Shown piece by piece: positions 1-10,166 of a stretch of 64,000 nucleotides of DNA. The translations under genes were made by a program, and so were the position numbers. Location of the stretch: assembly GCA_965226795.1 (NCBI GenBank), contig CBDDDZ010000002.1, positions 512,001 to 576,000 on the forward strand, written 5' to 3'. Source of the stretch: Candidatus Latescibacterota bacterium. Its GTDB lineage: Bacteria > Latescibacterota > UBA2968 > GCA-2709665. Every line of letters begins with the position of its first letter. Position 1 is the first letter of the stretch. The notes below the pieces were generated by a model that saw nothing but the letters and a program-made list of their open reading frames with translations, searched no databases and was not told the DNA's origin.

Positions 1-507
1 CTGGTGCGGGCGCTGAACCTTCAGAACCGCGGGATCGGGAGGCCGATGAAGGTGGGCAAGGAGGGAATCGTGGGCGCGATGGCGGCGCTGGAGTACCGGA
101 TGCGACTGGACGTGGCTGGCTGGGAGGCGGAACAGAACCGGAAGATGAAGCGGGTGATGGCGCGCCTCGACGGCATAGACGGCATCGGTCTCGGTGTGGA
201 TCCGGATCCCAACGGCAATCCGTTCAGTCGCGCTCGGGTCACTGTGGATGCGAAGAGAACGGGATTGAGCGCCGCCGTGATCAACCTCGCGATGATGGAG
301 GGTGATCCATCCATCCGGCTTCGCGCGCACCATACGGCTGAGGGATATTTCACCGTGGATGCGATGGAGATGACGGACGAAGAGGTGGGATTGACGTGCG
401 ATCGGCTGGTGGGGATGCTCAAGGCGGGGCCCGCCGAAAAAGCGCAGCTGATGGAAAGATTCGGCGACGAGGCCACGGTGGCCGCGCAATGGTCCTGGCT
501 GCGCTAA
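1..507 (+). CDS. SelA-like/DgaE-family PLP-dependent enzyme, C-terminal part (runs off window start)
   Basis: GIGRPMKVGKEGIVG segment resembles the PLP-lysine region of SelA-like/DgaE proteins. Confidence 0.7.
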   Translation: MVRALNLQNRGIGRPMKVGKEGIVGAMAALEYRMRLDVAGWEAEQNRKMKRVMARLDGIDGIGLGVDPDPNGNPFSRARVTVDAKRTGLSAAVINLAMMEGDPSIRLRAHHTAEGYFTVDAMEMTDEEVGLTCDRLVGMLKAGPAEKAQLMERFGDEATVAAQWSWLR

Positions 508-509
508 CT

Positions 510-1760
510 TCAAGAGCTCGCATTGAGGGGGCCGTCGCCGAACATTCGGGCTATGTCATTTCGGATGTCCCGTTCGGTCAGGGGCCAGCCGGCGTGCATC
601 AACGCTTCGTACCTCCGGACGAATACCGGCGCAATGGCTTTGATGGAATGGGTCCATTTGTAGAGCAGCTGGTCCAGGACACGGGCGTCGGAATGTTGAG
701 GCACGAAGCCGGTTCCGAGCATTTCAAGGCGTTCGGCCGTGATTTCCCGGATAATGCTGGGGTTGTTCAAAAACCACCAGCAGCCGAAGGGGAGAATATT
801 GGGGAATTTTCGGGCGGCCACGCAGAGTTCGTGCTGGTTCTCGCGAGAAAGCAGGGTGACGAGGAAGTTCACGTCGGGCCATTCGCGCGCGATGTTCTCC
901 AGAACGGTAACGTCCCATTTTCCCGAACCGTCGCCCCCGTCCTGCAACAGGGGGTTGACTCCCCGTCTGACGCCGACCATCAGGGCCGCGGGAATCCCTC
1001 GCTCCCGGGCGCTGGGATAGACCGCCGCGCGCAGCAGGGTCGCAACGGGGGAATCGGACGGATAGGCGAAGTCAGGCGGGAGGGAGATGGCCAGGTAACG
1101 GGCATCCATTCGCGCGATCCAATCGTCGAGATAACGGCGAAGTTCGGCGATCGTCCGGGCGGATAGACCCGTTTCCACATCGTAACCCAGCGCCCTTAAT
1201 TTCACGACAGGCGTGGGCCAGTCTGCCAGGGCGCTGTCCAGCCGGAGGGCGGCTTCAAAACGGGGGTCGCGCTCGAATCCGGTCTCCCAAACGGGACCCT
1301 CCAGGTCGTCCAGGGGATCGTTGGTCATAAAGACGCGCGCGACACCGGACTTCCTGAAGATAAGGTCGACGTAGTCTTCCGGGTCTGTCCGGGAGAAGAA
1401 GGCGCGGAATTCGGCCAGGCTGTCCGCCCTGGGGTTCAGACCCAGCCCCGACATAACGGTAACCACGCCCTGTTGGGCTTCCGATAGCGGACTGCCGTCG
1501 CCTGCGAAGAGGGTGCGCCAGACGACGTCGGCCTGGCGCGGTTTCGGCAAGGCGTTGAACTGTGCGACGGTGATTTCAGGGGGAAGCTGACGGCAGGCTT
1601 CGGCTTTCAGGTAGTGGTAGGTAAGGAGTTCGTCGGGGCCCATCAGACAGAGCGGACCCATTTGAGTTGGATAAAGGTGGGTATGGATGTCGACAATCGA
1701 TTGATTCTCGAAAGCGCTGGCGACCCCGTCGCTCACGGAGAAGCCGGTAGGGGATGACAT
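510..1760 (-). CDS. uxaC: Glucuronate (uronate) isomerase, amidohydrolase superfamily
   Basis: DIHTH metal motif, ELLTYHYL, MTNDP, GCWWFLNNP, PQHSDARVLDQL-YKW motifs; ATG at 1760. Confidence 0.8.
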   Translation of the reverse strand: MSSPTGFSVSDGVASAFENQSIVDIHTHLYPTQMGPLCLMGPDELLTYHYLKAEACRQLPPEITVAQFNALPKPRQADVVWRTLFAGDGSPLSEAQQGVVTVMSGLGLNPRADSLAEFRAFFSRTDPEDYVDLIFRKSGVARVFMTNDPLDDLEGPVWETGFERDPRFEAALRLDSALADWPTPVVKLRALGYDVETGLSARTIAELRRYLDDWIARMDARYLAISLPPDFAYPSDSPVATLLRAAVYPSARERGIPAALMVGVRRGVNPLLQDGGDGSGKWDVTVLENIAREWPDVNFLVTLLSRENQHELCVAARKFPNILPFGCWWFLNNPSIIREITAERLEMLGTGFVPQHSDARVLDQLLYKWTHSIKAIAPVFVRRYEALMHAGWPLTERDIRNDIARMFGDGPLNASS

Positions 1761-1851
1761 GACATTTCCTCTTATGCAGAGCCGCACCCGGTTGGAGGGA
1801 GAACGCGGGCAGTTCGCGGAGCGGGTTGACGAAGGAAACCGCCACCGGCTT

Positions 1852-2820
1852 TCAAGCCTGCTGGATGAGGTAACCCCTTTCCTTATCTACCACGTTCAGA
1901 AGGGGTTCTTCAGAAAGATAGCGTCGCAGGTTTTCCTTAAAGACCCGAAGGACGTTTTCGCGGCCCTCGGGGGAGTATCCGCCGGAGTGGGGAGCGAACA
2001 CGACGTTGGGCATGTCCCACAGCGGGCTGGCGTCAGGGAGCGGTTCTTCCTCGAAGACGTCCAGGCCGGCGCCGGCGATACGTTTCTCCTGGAGGGCCCG
2101 GATCAGGTCGGCTTCGTTGACGATGGGTCCGCGCGCGATATTGACCAGAAAGGCCGTTTCTTTCATCCGGCTGAAGCAGGACCTGTCGATGAGTCCCAGT
2201 GTGTTTTCGGTCTGCGGGAGCGCCACCACAACGTAGTCCGCGTCGGCAAGGGCGTTGAGCATCTCATCCGGTCTGTAAAGGCGTCGCACATCGGAAGGCG
2301 GCGTTTCGACCTGGGCGTCCACGGCCGTCACGGTGAGTCCGAGGGCGTGGAGCCGGGTGGCGACACTGCGTCCGATGGAGCCCAGCCCCAGCACGCAGGC
2401 GGCCTTGCCGGCGATCTGCGTGACCTTATCTCTATGCTGGTTCCAGGTGCGGTCTTTCCGGTCGCGTTCGAAGTACAAGAGACCGCGGGCGTGAACTAAC
2501 ATGAACGCGAGCGCGGATTCGGCCATGGCGGCGTCGAAGGCGCCGGCGGTGTTGGTGATGACCACGCCGCTCTCGATCATTTCCGGGTAGAGCATGGTCT
2601 CGAATCCCACGCCGATACTCTGTACCCATCGAAGTCTTCCGGCTTTGAGAAAGGGGCCTCGCGGCAGGCGGCCGAAGACGACTTCGGCATCCGTAATTTC
2701 TCGCAATAAATCACCGTGTGAATGCGCGGCGACCGCCTCCACGCGCGGTGAGACGGATTCCAGCTGTTCCCGCCATTCTGTCCAGGGTCCGGCCATGATG
2801 ACAACTTTCACCGTGTCCAT
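1852..2820 (-). CDS. D-2-hydroxyacid dehydrogenase
   Basis: GLGSIG NAD motif, NIARG, GAGLDVFEEEPLP, APHSGG. Confidence 0.92.
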   Translation of the reverse strand: MDTVKVVIMAGPWTEWREQLESVSPRVEAVAAHSHGDLLREITDAEVVFGRLPRGPFLKAGRLRWVQSIGVGFETMLYPEMIESGVVITNTAGAFDAAMAESALAFMLVHARGLLYFERDRKDRTWNQHRDKVTQIAGKAACVLGLGSIGRSVATRLHALGLTVTAVDAQVETPPSDVRRLYRPDEMLNALADADYVVVALPQTENTLGLIDRSCFSRMKETAFLVNIARGPIVNEADLIRALQEKRIAGAGLDVFEEEPLPDASPLWDMPNVVFAPHSGGYSPEGRENVLRVFKENLRRYLSEEPLLNVVDKERGYLIQQA

Positions 2821-3325
2821 TGCAGTCCTTTTTCGAAGAGCGAAATTATCAGAAACATGGCGAACGGCGCCAGCCCGCTCAGCCGCGAGTTAGAGCGCGG
2901 CCCGGCCCCGCCGGCAAAGACTATAGCGTAAGCGTGATGGGTAGTAGTATATTCCTTTCGGCGGCGCAAGTCAAGAATCGGAAAACGTCAGAGCGCCTGG
3001 GCCAGGGTCTACTTGTCAAATATTTTTTCGAAAAACGCCGGAAATCCGTTTCGAGCCGTTGCCGTGCGTGGGACATGCGGGGCGCTCGCGCCGATCGGAG
3101 TCTATAGCCGCGGCCATGAATTAGACAAAAACGGGATATTTTTTCGATAGCTTGTTGCCAATTGCTACGATTTTACTATATTGGTATAGGGACTGTCGCA
3201 ATTTAGATAACCCGGCGTATTGTCCCCCGAGGGACCTCATTCCCGATTTGTCGCCGGCAAGCCCTCCCCAGATTCGAATTCCGCCCGTAAGGAATCCTGT
3301 CACAATAGAATAGGAGATACTGCCT

Positions 3326-3394
3326 ATGGTGACGAAGGAGGAGTTGGTTGTACAGCCTTCTGTCGCGAGACAATTCGGTTTGTGTAGTCTGTGA
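3326..3394 (+). CDS. Possible 22-aa leader/small peptide (MVTKEELVVQPSVARQFGLCSL)
   Basis: AGGAG at 3312-3316 followed by ATG 3326 and TGA 3392-3394, inside the long leader of the TonB gene. Confidence 0.25.
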   Translation: MVTKEELVVQPSVARQFGLCSL

Positions 3395-3550
3395 ATCCGG
3401 GTCTTTTGCTCAACGCAAGATGATTCTGTACGGGTCTTCGTGAACTGACTATGTCATTAATGAAATAGGTGCTACCGGCCGCTATCAGGGCTGAGACGAT
3501 TGAATCAGAAGCCCGTTTTCCGAAACCCGAAACATTAAGGAATTCCTGCA

Positions 3551-6163
3551 ATGACGTTCCGTTCCAAGATTAAGATGACGAAGGGCGTTTTAGGATCCGT
3601 TGCGCTTGCAGTCGCCCTCCTTCATTCCATGGCAGGTGTCTCGGTATCTCAGGAAGCCGAGGCTACCACCAACGCCGATTCCATGGAAATCATACTCGAT
3701 GAAATTATAGAACTTGAGGAGCTTGTCGTGATCGGCTCACGGAGGCCGCGCTCGGTGGCGAAATCCGTCGTGCCTATCGATGTGTTCACCGCTGAGGATT
3801 TCATCAAGCAGGGCGGCTCGGATCTAACCGATCTGATGCGAAACGTCATCCCCTCATACAACGTCAACACCCAACCGATCAGCGACGCGGGATCGGTTGT
3901 CCGGCCCCCGAACCTTCGGGGCCTGGCGCCCGACCACGCGTTGTTACTCGTCAACGGCAAGCGCCGCCACCGTGCCGCCGTGATTCACTGGCTGGGCAAC
4001 GGCGTCTCCGATGGCGCTCAGGGGCCCGACCTGACGGCCATCCCGGCAATCGCTCTCAAGCGGGTGGAGGTCCTCCGAGACGGCGCTTCGGCCCAATATG
4101 GATCTGATGCCATTGCGGGTGTGTTGGACTTCCGCCTGAAAGACAACTACAAGGGAATGGCCGCGAACATCAAGGTGGGCAGTTTCCAGGATGGGAAGGG
4201 TAAGTTCCTTGGCGACGGCGAGAATTTCACGGCCGCCTTCAATGTTGGCGTGGGCAATGAGAAGACGTGGGCAAACCTCAGCCTGGAATACGGCAACACG
4301 GGCGAAACCATTCGCTCGCTGCAGCGGACCGACGCCATAAATCTGATCTCGGCGGGCAATTTAGAAGTGGCCGATCCCGCCCAGATCTGGGGGCAGCCCT
4401 TCATTCGCGACGACCTGAAATTTTTCGCCAACTACGGCGCCAACCTCGGTGAGAGCACCGATTTCTACGGTCACGCGAATTATGCCAATAAGGAAACGGA
4501 AGGCGGGTTCTATTTCCGGAATCCCCATACGCGCAGCGGCGTCTTCAAGGGGCCGTTGCTCGATCTGGATGGAGATGGCGAACCCGAGACGGAATCTCTC
4601 CTGGTTGGCGATCTGGACGGCGTCGGACAGGGCGGCGAATGCCCCGATGTACCCATCAACAATCACGTTCCGGATCAGAATGCGTGGCTGCAGGTTCGGG
4701 ATAACCCCAATTGCTTCTCCTTCCTGAAGATGTTCCCCGGCGGCTTCACGCCCCGATTCGGCGCATTTACAACGGATGAATCCGTCCTGCTCGGCGTGAA
4801 GGGCAAGGGTATCGGGCAACAGGATCTGGCATCGTGGGACCTGAGCATGTCCTACGGCCGTCACGAGGCGGATTACTTCATCTTCAACACGGTGAACGCA
4901 TCGATGGGGCCCGCCACGCCCACGTATTTCGATCCGGGCACCTACATTCAATCGGACGTCAACCTGGACTTCGGCGTGACGTACCCCGTGAACGCCGAGG
5001 TCTTCCTCGCTGCCGGTCTTGAATATCGTAAAGAGACATTCGAGATCGTTGAGGGGCAGATCGAGTCCTACATTATCGGCCAGCCGCTGGCCAGCCAGGG
5101 ATTTCAACCGGCGACGAACGGGTTTTCGGGGTTCAGTAAAGTGGCCGCCGGCAGATGGGGTCGATCCAACACGGCCGTGTACGCGGAGGGCGATGTCCAG
5201 CCCACCGACAACTGGTCGCTTGCCCTTGCCCTGCGCTACGAGAATTTCGAAGACTTCGGCGCCACCTCCAACTATAAGGTCGCCACCAACTTCGGCGTTA
5301 CCGATGACTTGAGGCTGCGCGGCAGTTACAGCACCGGATTCAGGGCGCCCACCCCGGGCCAGCAAAACGCCTTCAACATCACCACGGAGTTCGACTTCGA
5401 GAAGAACGACCTGGTGAACAACGGAACGGTTCCCTCCACCAGCCGCGCGGCTGCGTTGAAGGGGGCCAGGCCTCTGGATTCCGAGACGTCCAAGAACATC
5501 TCGCTGGGTGTCGTTGTGGGTTTGGGCAAAGCAAGTATCACGGTCGACTATTTCAACATCAAGGTAAACGACCGTCTGACGGTCTCGCAGGACTTTTCGC
5601 TTTCCGATACGGAGCGGGAACAGCTCATCAAGGAGGGTATCACCAGCGCGGCGGGCCTGCAGGAATTCCGCTTCTTCACCAACGACTTCGATTCCCGAAC
5701 CCAGGGGGTGGACGTGGTGTTCTCGGTGCCCGTGGGTTTGGGCAAGATGAATGTCGCCTACAACTACACGGGTACGAAGGTTACGGACTTCAACCCGGAA
5801 ATTCTGAACGATGACCGGATCAAGGAACTGGAGGAGAACCTTCCCAAGCAACGCGGGAATCTGACCCTTACCCAGACGCTCACGAGTCGCTGGGACGTGC
5901 TGGGCCGCGTCAGCTACTTCGGCGAGTGGTACGATTCCGAAGACGATCAGCTCTATAGTGGCAAGGTTCTGCTCGACCTTGAAACCAGCGTCTCGTTCGA
6001 CGACTACAGGTCGACCATTGCGATCGGGGCGCAGAACATCCTCAATACCTATCCCGACGAACACAAGTTGGCCCGGGAAAGGACAGGCAACAAGTACAGC
6101 CAGTTCAGCCCGTTCGGTTTCGGCGGCGCGTTCTGGTACGCGAAATACAGCTTCAACTATTAG
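3551..6163 (+). CDS. TonB-dependent outer membrane receptor
   Basis: Signal-like N-terminus, EELVVIGSR TonB box, plug (NLRGL, LVNGKR, RVEVLRDGASAQYGSDAIAGV), STGFRAPT, aromatic C-terminus. Confidence 0.95.
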   Translation: MTFRSKIKMTKGVLGSVALAVALLHSMAGVSVSQEAEATTNADSMEIILDEIIELEELVVIGSRRPRSVAKSVVPIDVFTAEDFIKQGGSDLTDLMRNVIPSYNVNTQPISDAGSVVRPPNLRGLAPDHALLLVNGKRRHRAAVIHWLGNGVSDGAQGPDLTAIPAIALKRVEVLRDGASAQYGSDAIAGVLDFRLKDNYKGMAANIKVGSFQDGKGKFLGDGENFTAAFNVGVGNEKTWANLSLEYGNTGETIRSLQRTDAINLISAGNLEVADPAQIWGQPFIRDDLKFFANYGANLGESTDFYGHANYANKETEGGFYFRNPHTRSGVFKGPLLDLDGDGEPETESLLVGDLDGVGQGGECPDVPINNHVPDQNAWLQVRDNPNCFSFLKMFPGGFTPRFGAFTTDESVLLGVKGKGIGQQDLASWDLSMSYGRHEADYFIFNTVNASMGPATPTYFDPGTYIQSDVNLDFGVTYPVNAEVFLAAGLEYRKETFEIVEGQIESYIIGQPLASQGFQPATNGFSGFSKVAAGRWGRSNTAVYAEGDVQPTDNWSLALALRYENFEDFGATSNYKVATNFGVTDDLRLRGSYSTGFRAPTPGQQNAFNITTEFDFEKNDLVNNGTVPSTSRAAALKGARPLDSETSKNISLGVVVGLGKASITVDYFNIKVNDRLTVSQDFSLSDTEREQLIKEGITSAAGLQEFRFFTNDFDSRTQGVDVVFSVPVGLGKMNVAYNYTGTKVTDFNPEILNDDRIKELEENLPKQRGNLTLTQTLTSRWDVLGRVSYFGEWYDSEDDQLYSGKVLLDLETSVSFDDYRSTIAIGAQNILNTYPDEHKLARERTGNKYSQFSPFGFGGAFWYAKYSFNY

Positions 6164-6232
6164 GTCGTCGTTGGCGAACCGGAACAACGCGGGCGGGACC
6201 GCCGCGTCGGTTCACTTCGAACATAACACAAG

Positions 6233-6272
6233 AAAACGCAACGGCAGGATGTGCTGCCGTTGCGTTTTTTTT
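6233..6272 (+). terminator. Intrinsic terminator, probably bidirectional
   Basis: AAAACGCAACGGCAG-loop-CTGCCGTTGCGTTTTTTTT between convergent genes. Confidence 0.85.
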
Positions 6273-6304
6273 GGCGCGTTTCGGCGGGATGGCGTGGAAC
6301 CTTG

Positions 6305-7114
6305 TCAGCTTAGGAGGGTCGAATCCGTTCCGTTGGCGGTGTAGACGACCGGGCAGTAGTCCGGCCTATGGATGAACTGGGCGAGGGTGCCTTCCGGTTG
6401 GGAGACGGGGCAGGACTTTTCCGTACGCATATGGATGGCAAAGCTCCGCCGCGGCGCGCCGGAGCGGTTGGGGCGGCTGCCGTGGAACGTAAGACAATGG
6501 TGGAACGAGACCCCGCCGGGCGGCAGGATGGCTTCCACCTCCCGCCACGATGCGCCGGGGGGAAGCGTGATTTGCTCGCGCTGGATCTCGATGTCGTCGA
6601 AGTAAAAATCGCCTTGGTTGAGCAGACCCCACTTGTGGGAGCCCTTCACGAAGACCATGGGGCCAGTGTCAGGTCCCACGTCGGAAACGGCGACCCAAGC
6701 GGTGAACAGATCGCTGCCCTCCTTCCAGGCTTTCCAGTACTGCCGGTCCTGGTGCCAGCCGACGCTCACGCCGGATCCCGAATCCGTTCTCGCGGGGGGC
6801 TTGGAAAGGAGTTGGACCCACCAGACCTGGACCTTTTTTGCACCGGTGACTTCCGCGGCAAGCCTGCCGAGGGCGGGATGGCTGACCAGCTCCATAATGG
6901 CGCTATTGGCAAGCTGGGGCATTTCGACTTTGGCCAGCTTATTGGGGTCGTCGCCGGGGTTCCAGTACGAGGACTGTGGGGGAATGCCGGTTTCGTACTG
7001 GCCCGCCAGCACATCGTCCATTCCCTTCATCGCGCGACGGACGAGGTCTTCGGGAATTACGGGCCGGTAGTGGATGACGTAGCCGTCCCTCTGGAAATCT
7101 GTGTAACGTGACAT
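6305..7114 (-). CDS. Phytanoyl-CoA dioxygenase (PhyH) family Fe(II)/2OG oxygenase
   Basis: WHQD, TAWVA, GSHKWG and HGS-PNRS...RR motifs; GGAG upstream of ATG 7114. Confidence 0.9.
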   Translation of the reverse strand: MSRYTDFQRDGYVIHYRPVIPEDLVRRAMKGMDDVLAGQYETGIPPQSSYWNPGDDPNKLAKVEMPQLANSAIMELVSHPALGRLAAEVTGAKKVQVWWVQLLSKPPARTDSGSGVSVGWHQDRQYWKAWKEGSDLFTAWVAVSDVGPDTGPMVFVKGSHKWGLLNQGDFYFDDIEIQREQITLPPGASWREVEAILPPGGVSFHHCLTFHGSRPNRSGAPRRSFAIHMRTEKSCPVSQPEGTLAQFIHRPDYCPVVYTANGTDSTLLS

Positions 7115-7142
7115 GGGATGCTCCTTGAGGCCCTCCGTCCGT

Positions 7143-8792
7143 TCACCAGGCCACGGCATAGCCGTCCCGGCGCGGGTCGGAGCCGCCGATGAGCGTGTTG
7201 GTTTCCGGGAGAATGCGGATAGCCTGGGCGTTGCCGGGGCCGTCCCAGTCGCCCAGGACGCGGAGGTCGTGGCCCCGCCGGGCGAGGCCCTCGCGGACGT
7301 TATCGGAAAACCTGCCTTCGAGCTGCAGGACATCTTCGCAGGTATGCGGGACGGTGGACTCCATCGGGTTCTGCAAGCTGCGCCACCGGGGCGCCTCCAC
7401 GGCCTCCTGCGGGGTCATGCCGAAATCCAGAATATGCGTGATGAGCTGGAGATTGGTCTGCACCTGGGTGTCCGCCCCGGGCGTGCCGCAGACGAGGACG
7501 GGTTTGTTGTTTCGCGTTACGATGACGGGATTCATGGTGTGTCGTACCCGTTTCCCGGGTCTGAGGCAGTTGGGGTGGTTCTCCTCCAGATGCCAGTACG
7601 TCATCCGGTTGTTGAGAAGGATGCCCGTGTTACCCGCGACAAGGCCGGAGCCGAAACCGGATTGGATGGATTGCAGCACGCAGACGGCGTTTCCCCACCG
7701 GTCGGCCGTGCAGAAGCAGGTGGTGTCTTCATGGGATTCGGGCCGCCCGGCGGGAACGTCGATCGCCACGCGGTCAGGATCGATGCGCCGTGCCTGCTGT
7801 TCCGCGTAGGCTTTGGAGAGGAGGCCCTCGAGCGGGATATCCAGCCAGTCGGGATCGGCGACAAAGACTTCCCTGTCCGAGAACGCGAGCTTTTTGGCCT
7901 CCACCATCAGATGGATGCACTCGGCCGTGTTGCAGCCGAGGGACTGGAGATCGAAACGCTCGACGATATTGAGTTCCTGGAGCAGAATGTGGCCGCTGGA
8001 ATTCGGCGGCATCTCATACACGGTGTGCCCGCGGTAGTTGGTGTGGATGGGCTCGGCCCAGTGGGCGTGGTGGTTCGCCAGGTCGTCCATGGTGAGCAGG
8101 CCGCGGTGGGACCGGCTGAATGCAACAATGGCCTCTGCGATGGCGCCTTCGTAAAGAGCCGCCCGGCCTTCGGCACCGATCCGGCGAAGCGTGGCGCCCA
8201 GGTCGTTCTGGCGAAGGACGTCGCCGGGGGCGAAGGTCTGGCCGTCCTTTGTAAACACGTCGCGGGTGAAGGGTTCCGCGGCAAAGCCCGCGGTCCCACC
8301 GGCAAGGCTGCCGGACAATTTGTGGCTGACGGGAAATCCGTTTTCGCAAAGTGAAATAGCGGGATCGAAGACCCGTTCGAGATCGAGAATGCCGTGCCGC
8401 TCGTGGGCGATGAGCCAGCCGTCCACCAGGCCGGGGACGGAGACGCTCAGTATGCCCTTCATGGGAATACCGCCGCGTCTCAAATAGATTTCCCTGGTGG
8501 CCGCAAGCGGGGCGGCGCCGGTGGCGTTGACGGCCGAGACGCCGCCGGTATCCGCCCGGTAGATGAGCAGAAAACCGTCGCCTCCCACCCCCGACGCGGC
8601 GGGTTCGACCACGCCCAGCGCGGCGGCCGTGGCAACCGCGGCGTCGATAGCGTTGCCACCGGCCATAAGTGTGCTGATGCCGGCCTGGGAGGCCAGAGGA
8701 TGGCCGGAGGCGACGAGGCCGTTCTTACCCATCACCGATGGGCGAAAGGCGTGGTGGCCGATACCGTGTGGCGATTGCATGGCATACTCCAT
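7143..8792 (-). CDS. ggt: Gamma-glutamyltransferase
   Basis: GGNAIDAA, SGVGGDGF, EDTT nucleophile site, GILLNNRM, PGKRVRHTM, GGSDPRRDG. Confidence 0.93.
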   Translation of the reverse strand: MEYAMQSPHGIGHHAFRPSVMGKNGLVASGHPLASQAGISTLMAGGNAIDAAVATAAALGVVEPAASGVGGDGFLLIYRADTGGVSAVNATGAAPLAATREIYLRRGGIPMKGILSVSVPGLVDGWLIAHERHGILDLERVFDPAISLCENGFPVSHKLSGSLAGGTAGFAAEPFTRDVFTKDGQTFAPGDVLRQNDLGATLRRIGAEGRAALYEGAIAEAIVAFSRSHRGLLTMDDLANHHAHWAEPIHTNYRGHTVYEMPPNSSGHILLQELNIVERFDLQSLGCNTAECIHLMVEAKKLAFSDREVFVADPDWLDIPLEGLLSKAYAEQQARRIDPDRVAIDVPAGRPESHEDTTCFCTADRWGNAVCVLQSIQSGFGSGLVAGNTGILLNNRMTYWHLEENHPNCLRPGKRVRHTMNPVIVTRNNKPVLVCGTPGADTQVQTNLQLITHILDFGMTPQEAVEAPRWRSLQNPMESTVPHTCEDVLQLEGRFSDNVREGLARRGHDLRVLGDWDGPGNAQAIRILPETNTLIGGSDPRRDGYAVAW

Positions 8793-8875
8793 CGTTTAGA
8801 GGTCGATTACCGCCCCACGGCGGTGGGGGCCTTCGGTTGCGCTGCGCCGTACGGGCCTGGCGAAGCAATCGTGGA

Positions 8876-10159
8876 TCAGGCGCTGGAACGGAACATCCCG
8901 GAGTAGGGTGCCGGATCGAGGAACACGCCGCCGCTGCGCCGGTAGTAGTCTTCGTCCAGGACAAATGCGCCCGACCTGGGCGTGAGCCACGGCGCGCCGG
9001 GGATGGGGTACTCCGCAAGCAGGTCGGCCCAGTTGCCGTAGTTTTCCGGGCCGTTGGATTCGATAAGCCCGCCCTTGATGCCGGGGAACGCCGGCAGGCG
9101 GGCGGCGATGTTTTTGTTCCACTCCACCAGGAGGGGAATGCATCCGTTGTCGGCCACGAAACACGGCACGCCCGCCTCCGCCGCGGCGCGGACCATCCGG
9201 AACGCAAGCGAGAGGGTCTTGCCCGCGGGCTTGATGGCGATGGCACCGTACCCCTGGTCGGTCCGCGTGCGCACGTCTTCGACTGTCTGTACGCTCTCGT
9301 CCGCCGCGAAACGGGCCGGCAGGTCGCCCACGTCGATCTCATCGGGATCCTGAAAGGGCTCTTCGATGAGAACGACGTGCTCGTGAATGCCGGTTTTCCG
9401 AGTGTGGTCCAGCAGGCGGGCCATGGTTTCTCTCTTAGCGTATCGTGCGTTCGCGTCGAGATAGTAGAGAACGTTCCCGGAATCCGTCATCGGCGATTCG
9501 TAGCCCCGTGCAACACCATGGATGCCGTTGAGCCACGCGATGTCCTTTCGGACCATGTCCGCCTCCGCGCCCGGTTGGCCGATCTTGATCTTCAGGATGT
9601 AGACGCCGGTATCCAGGATGCCTTTCAGTTCGTCCATCGGCATCGTGTACCCGACAGCGGGGGCCAGGCCGAGGTGGGTCTGGCGGTTTGCGAGATACGG
9701 ACGGTACGGATCCGGGATGAGATCGTCGAACGTGGTGATCCCGTTACGCTTCGCATGGAGTATCCACGCGGCGTTGTCAAGGGCGACCAGGGCGATGAGC
9801 GTAAACGTGAGTCGCAACCCGGGGTTGCCGGTGACGGTCTTGCCGTAGTCGTGCACCAGCGGGACGAGTTCCGACAACAGGGCGGGCGGGTCCCCGAATT
9901 CGTGGTTCACCGCCTGTTTAAGCGCGAATTCCAGAAGCGCGGACATGAGGATATTGCCGCCGACCTCGGTATGATTCGAAAACACGTCCGGGTCGGACCA
10001 GAGCACGGCCGTGCCGCCCACGCCCACGGCCTCGGTACCGTCTTCGTCTCGAAGGCGCACAATCAGGTTCCACTTTTCGTGGAATGCGGCGCCCTTGAAC
10101 GCGAAGGGCCTGGCGAAGGGTTGTCGCTGGAGTTCCAGATCTGCGTGGACGATTCGCAT
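8876..10159 (-). CDS. Enolase-superfamily (mandelate racemase/epimerase-like) enzyme
   Basis: LKIKIG, YLDAN, IEEPF, AADES, AIKP metal and catalytic motifs. Confidence 0.8.
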   Translation of the reverse strand: MRIVHADLELQRQPFARPFAFKGAAFHEKWNLIVRLRDEDGTEAVGVGGTAVLWSDPDVFSNHTEVGGNILMSALLEFALKQAVNHEFGDPPALLSELVPLVHDYGKTVTGNPGLRLTFTLIALVALDNAAWILHAKRNGITTFDDLIPDPYRPYLANRQTHLGLAPAVGYTMPMDELKGILDTGVYILKIKIGQPGAEADMVRKDIAWLNGIHGVARGYESPMTDSGNVLYYLDANARYAKRETMARLLDHTRKTGIHEHVVLIEEPFQDPDEIDVGDLPARFAADESVQTVEDVRTRTDQGYGAIAIKPAGKTLSLAFRMVRAAAEAGVPCFVADNGCIPLLVEWNKNIAARLPAFPGIKGGLIESNGPENYGNWADLLAEYPIPGAPWLTPRSGAFVLDEDYYRRSGGVFLDPAPYSGMFRSSA

Positions 10160-10166
10160 TCGCGCC

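Noticed and set aside
3466..3520. TPP-riboswitch-like 5' half (GGTGC...GCTGAGA...CCCGT)
   Set aside because: The conserved 3' half (ACCTGA...TAAT...GCGNAGG) is not present
4361..6187. 608-aa antisense ORF and similar long shadow ORFs (e.g. 13528-15381, 8738-10183, 54202-55467)
   Set aside because: They mirror well-supported genes on the opposite strand, which is expected in high-GC DNA, and have no motifs
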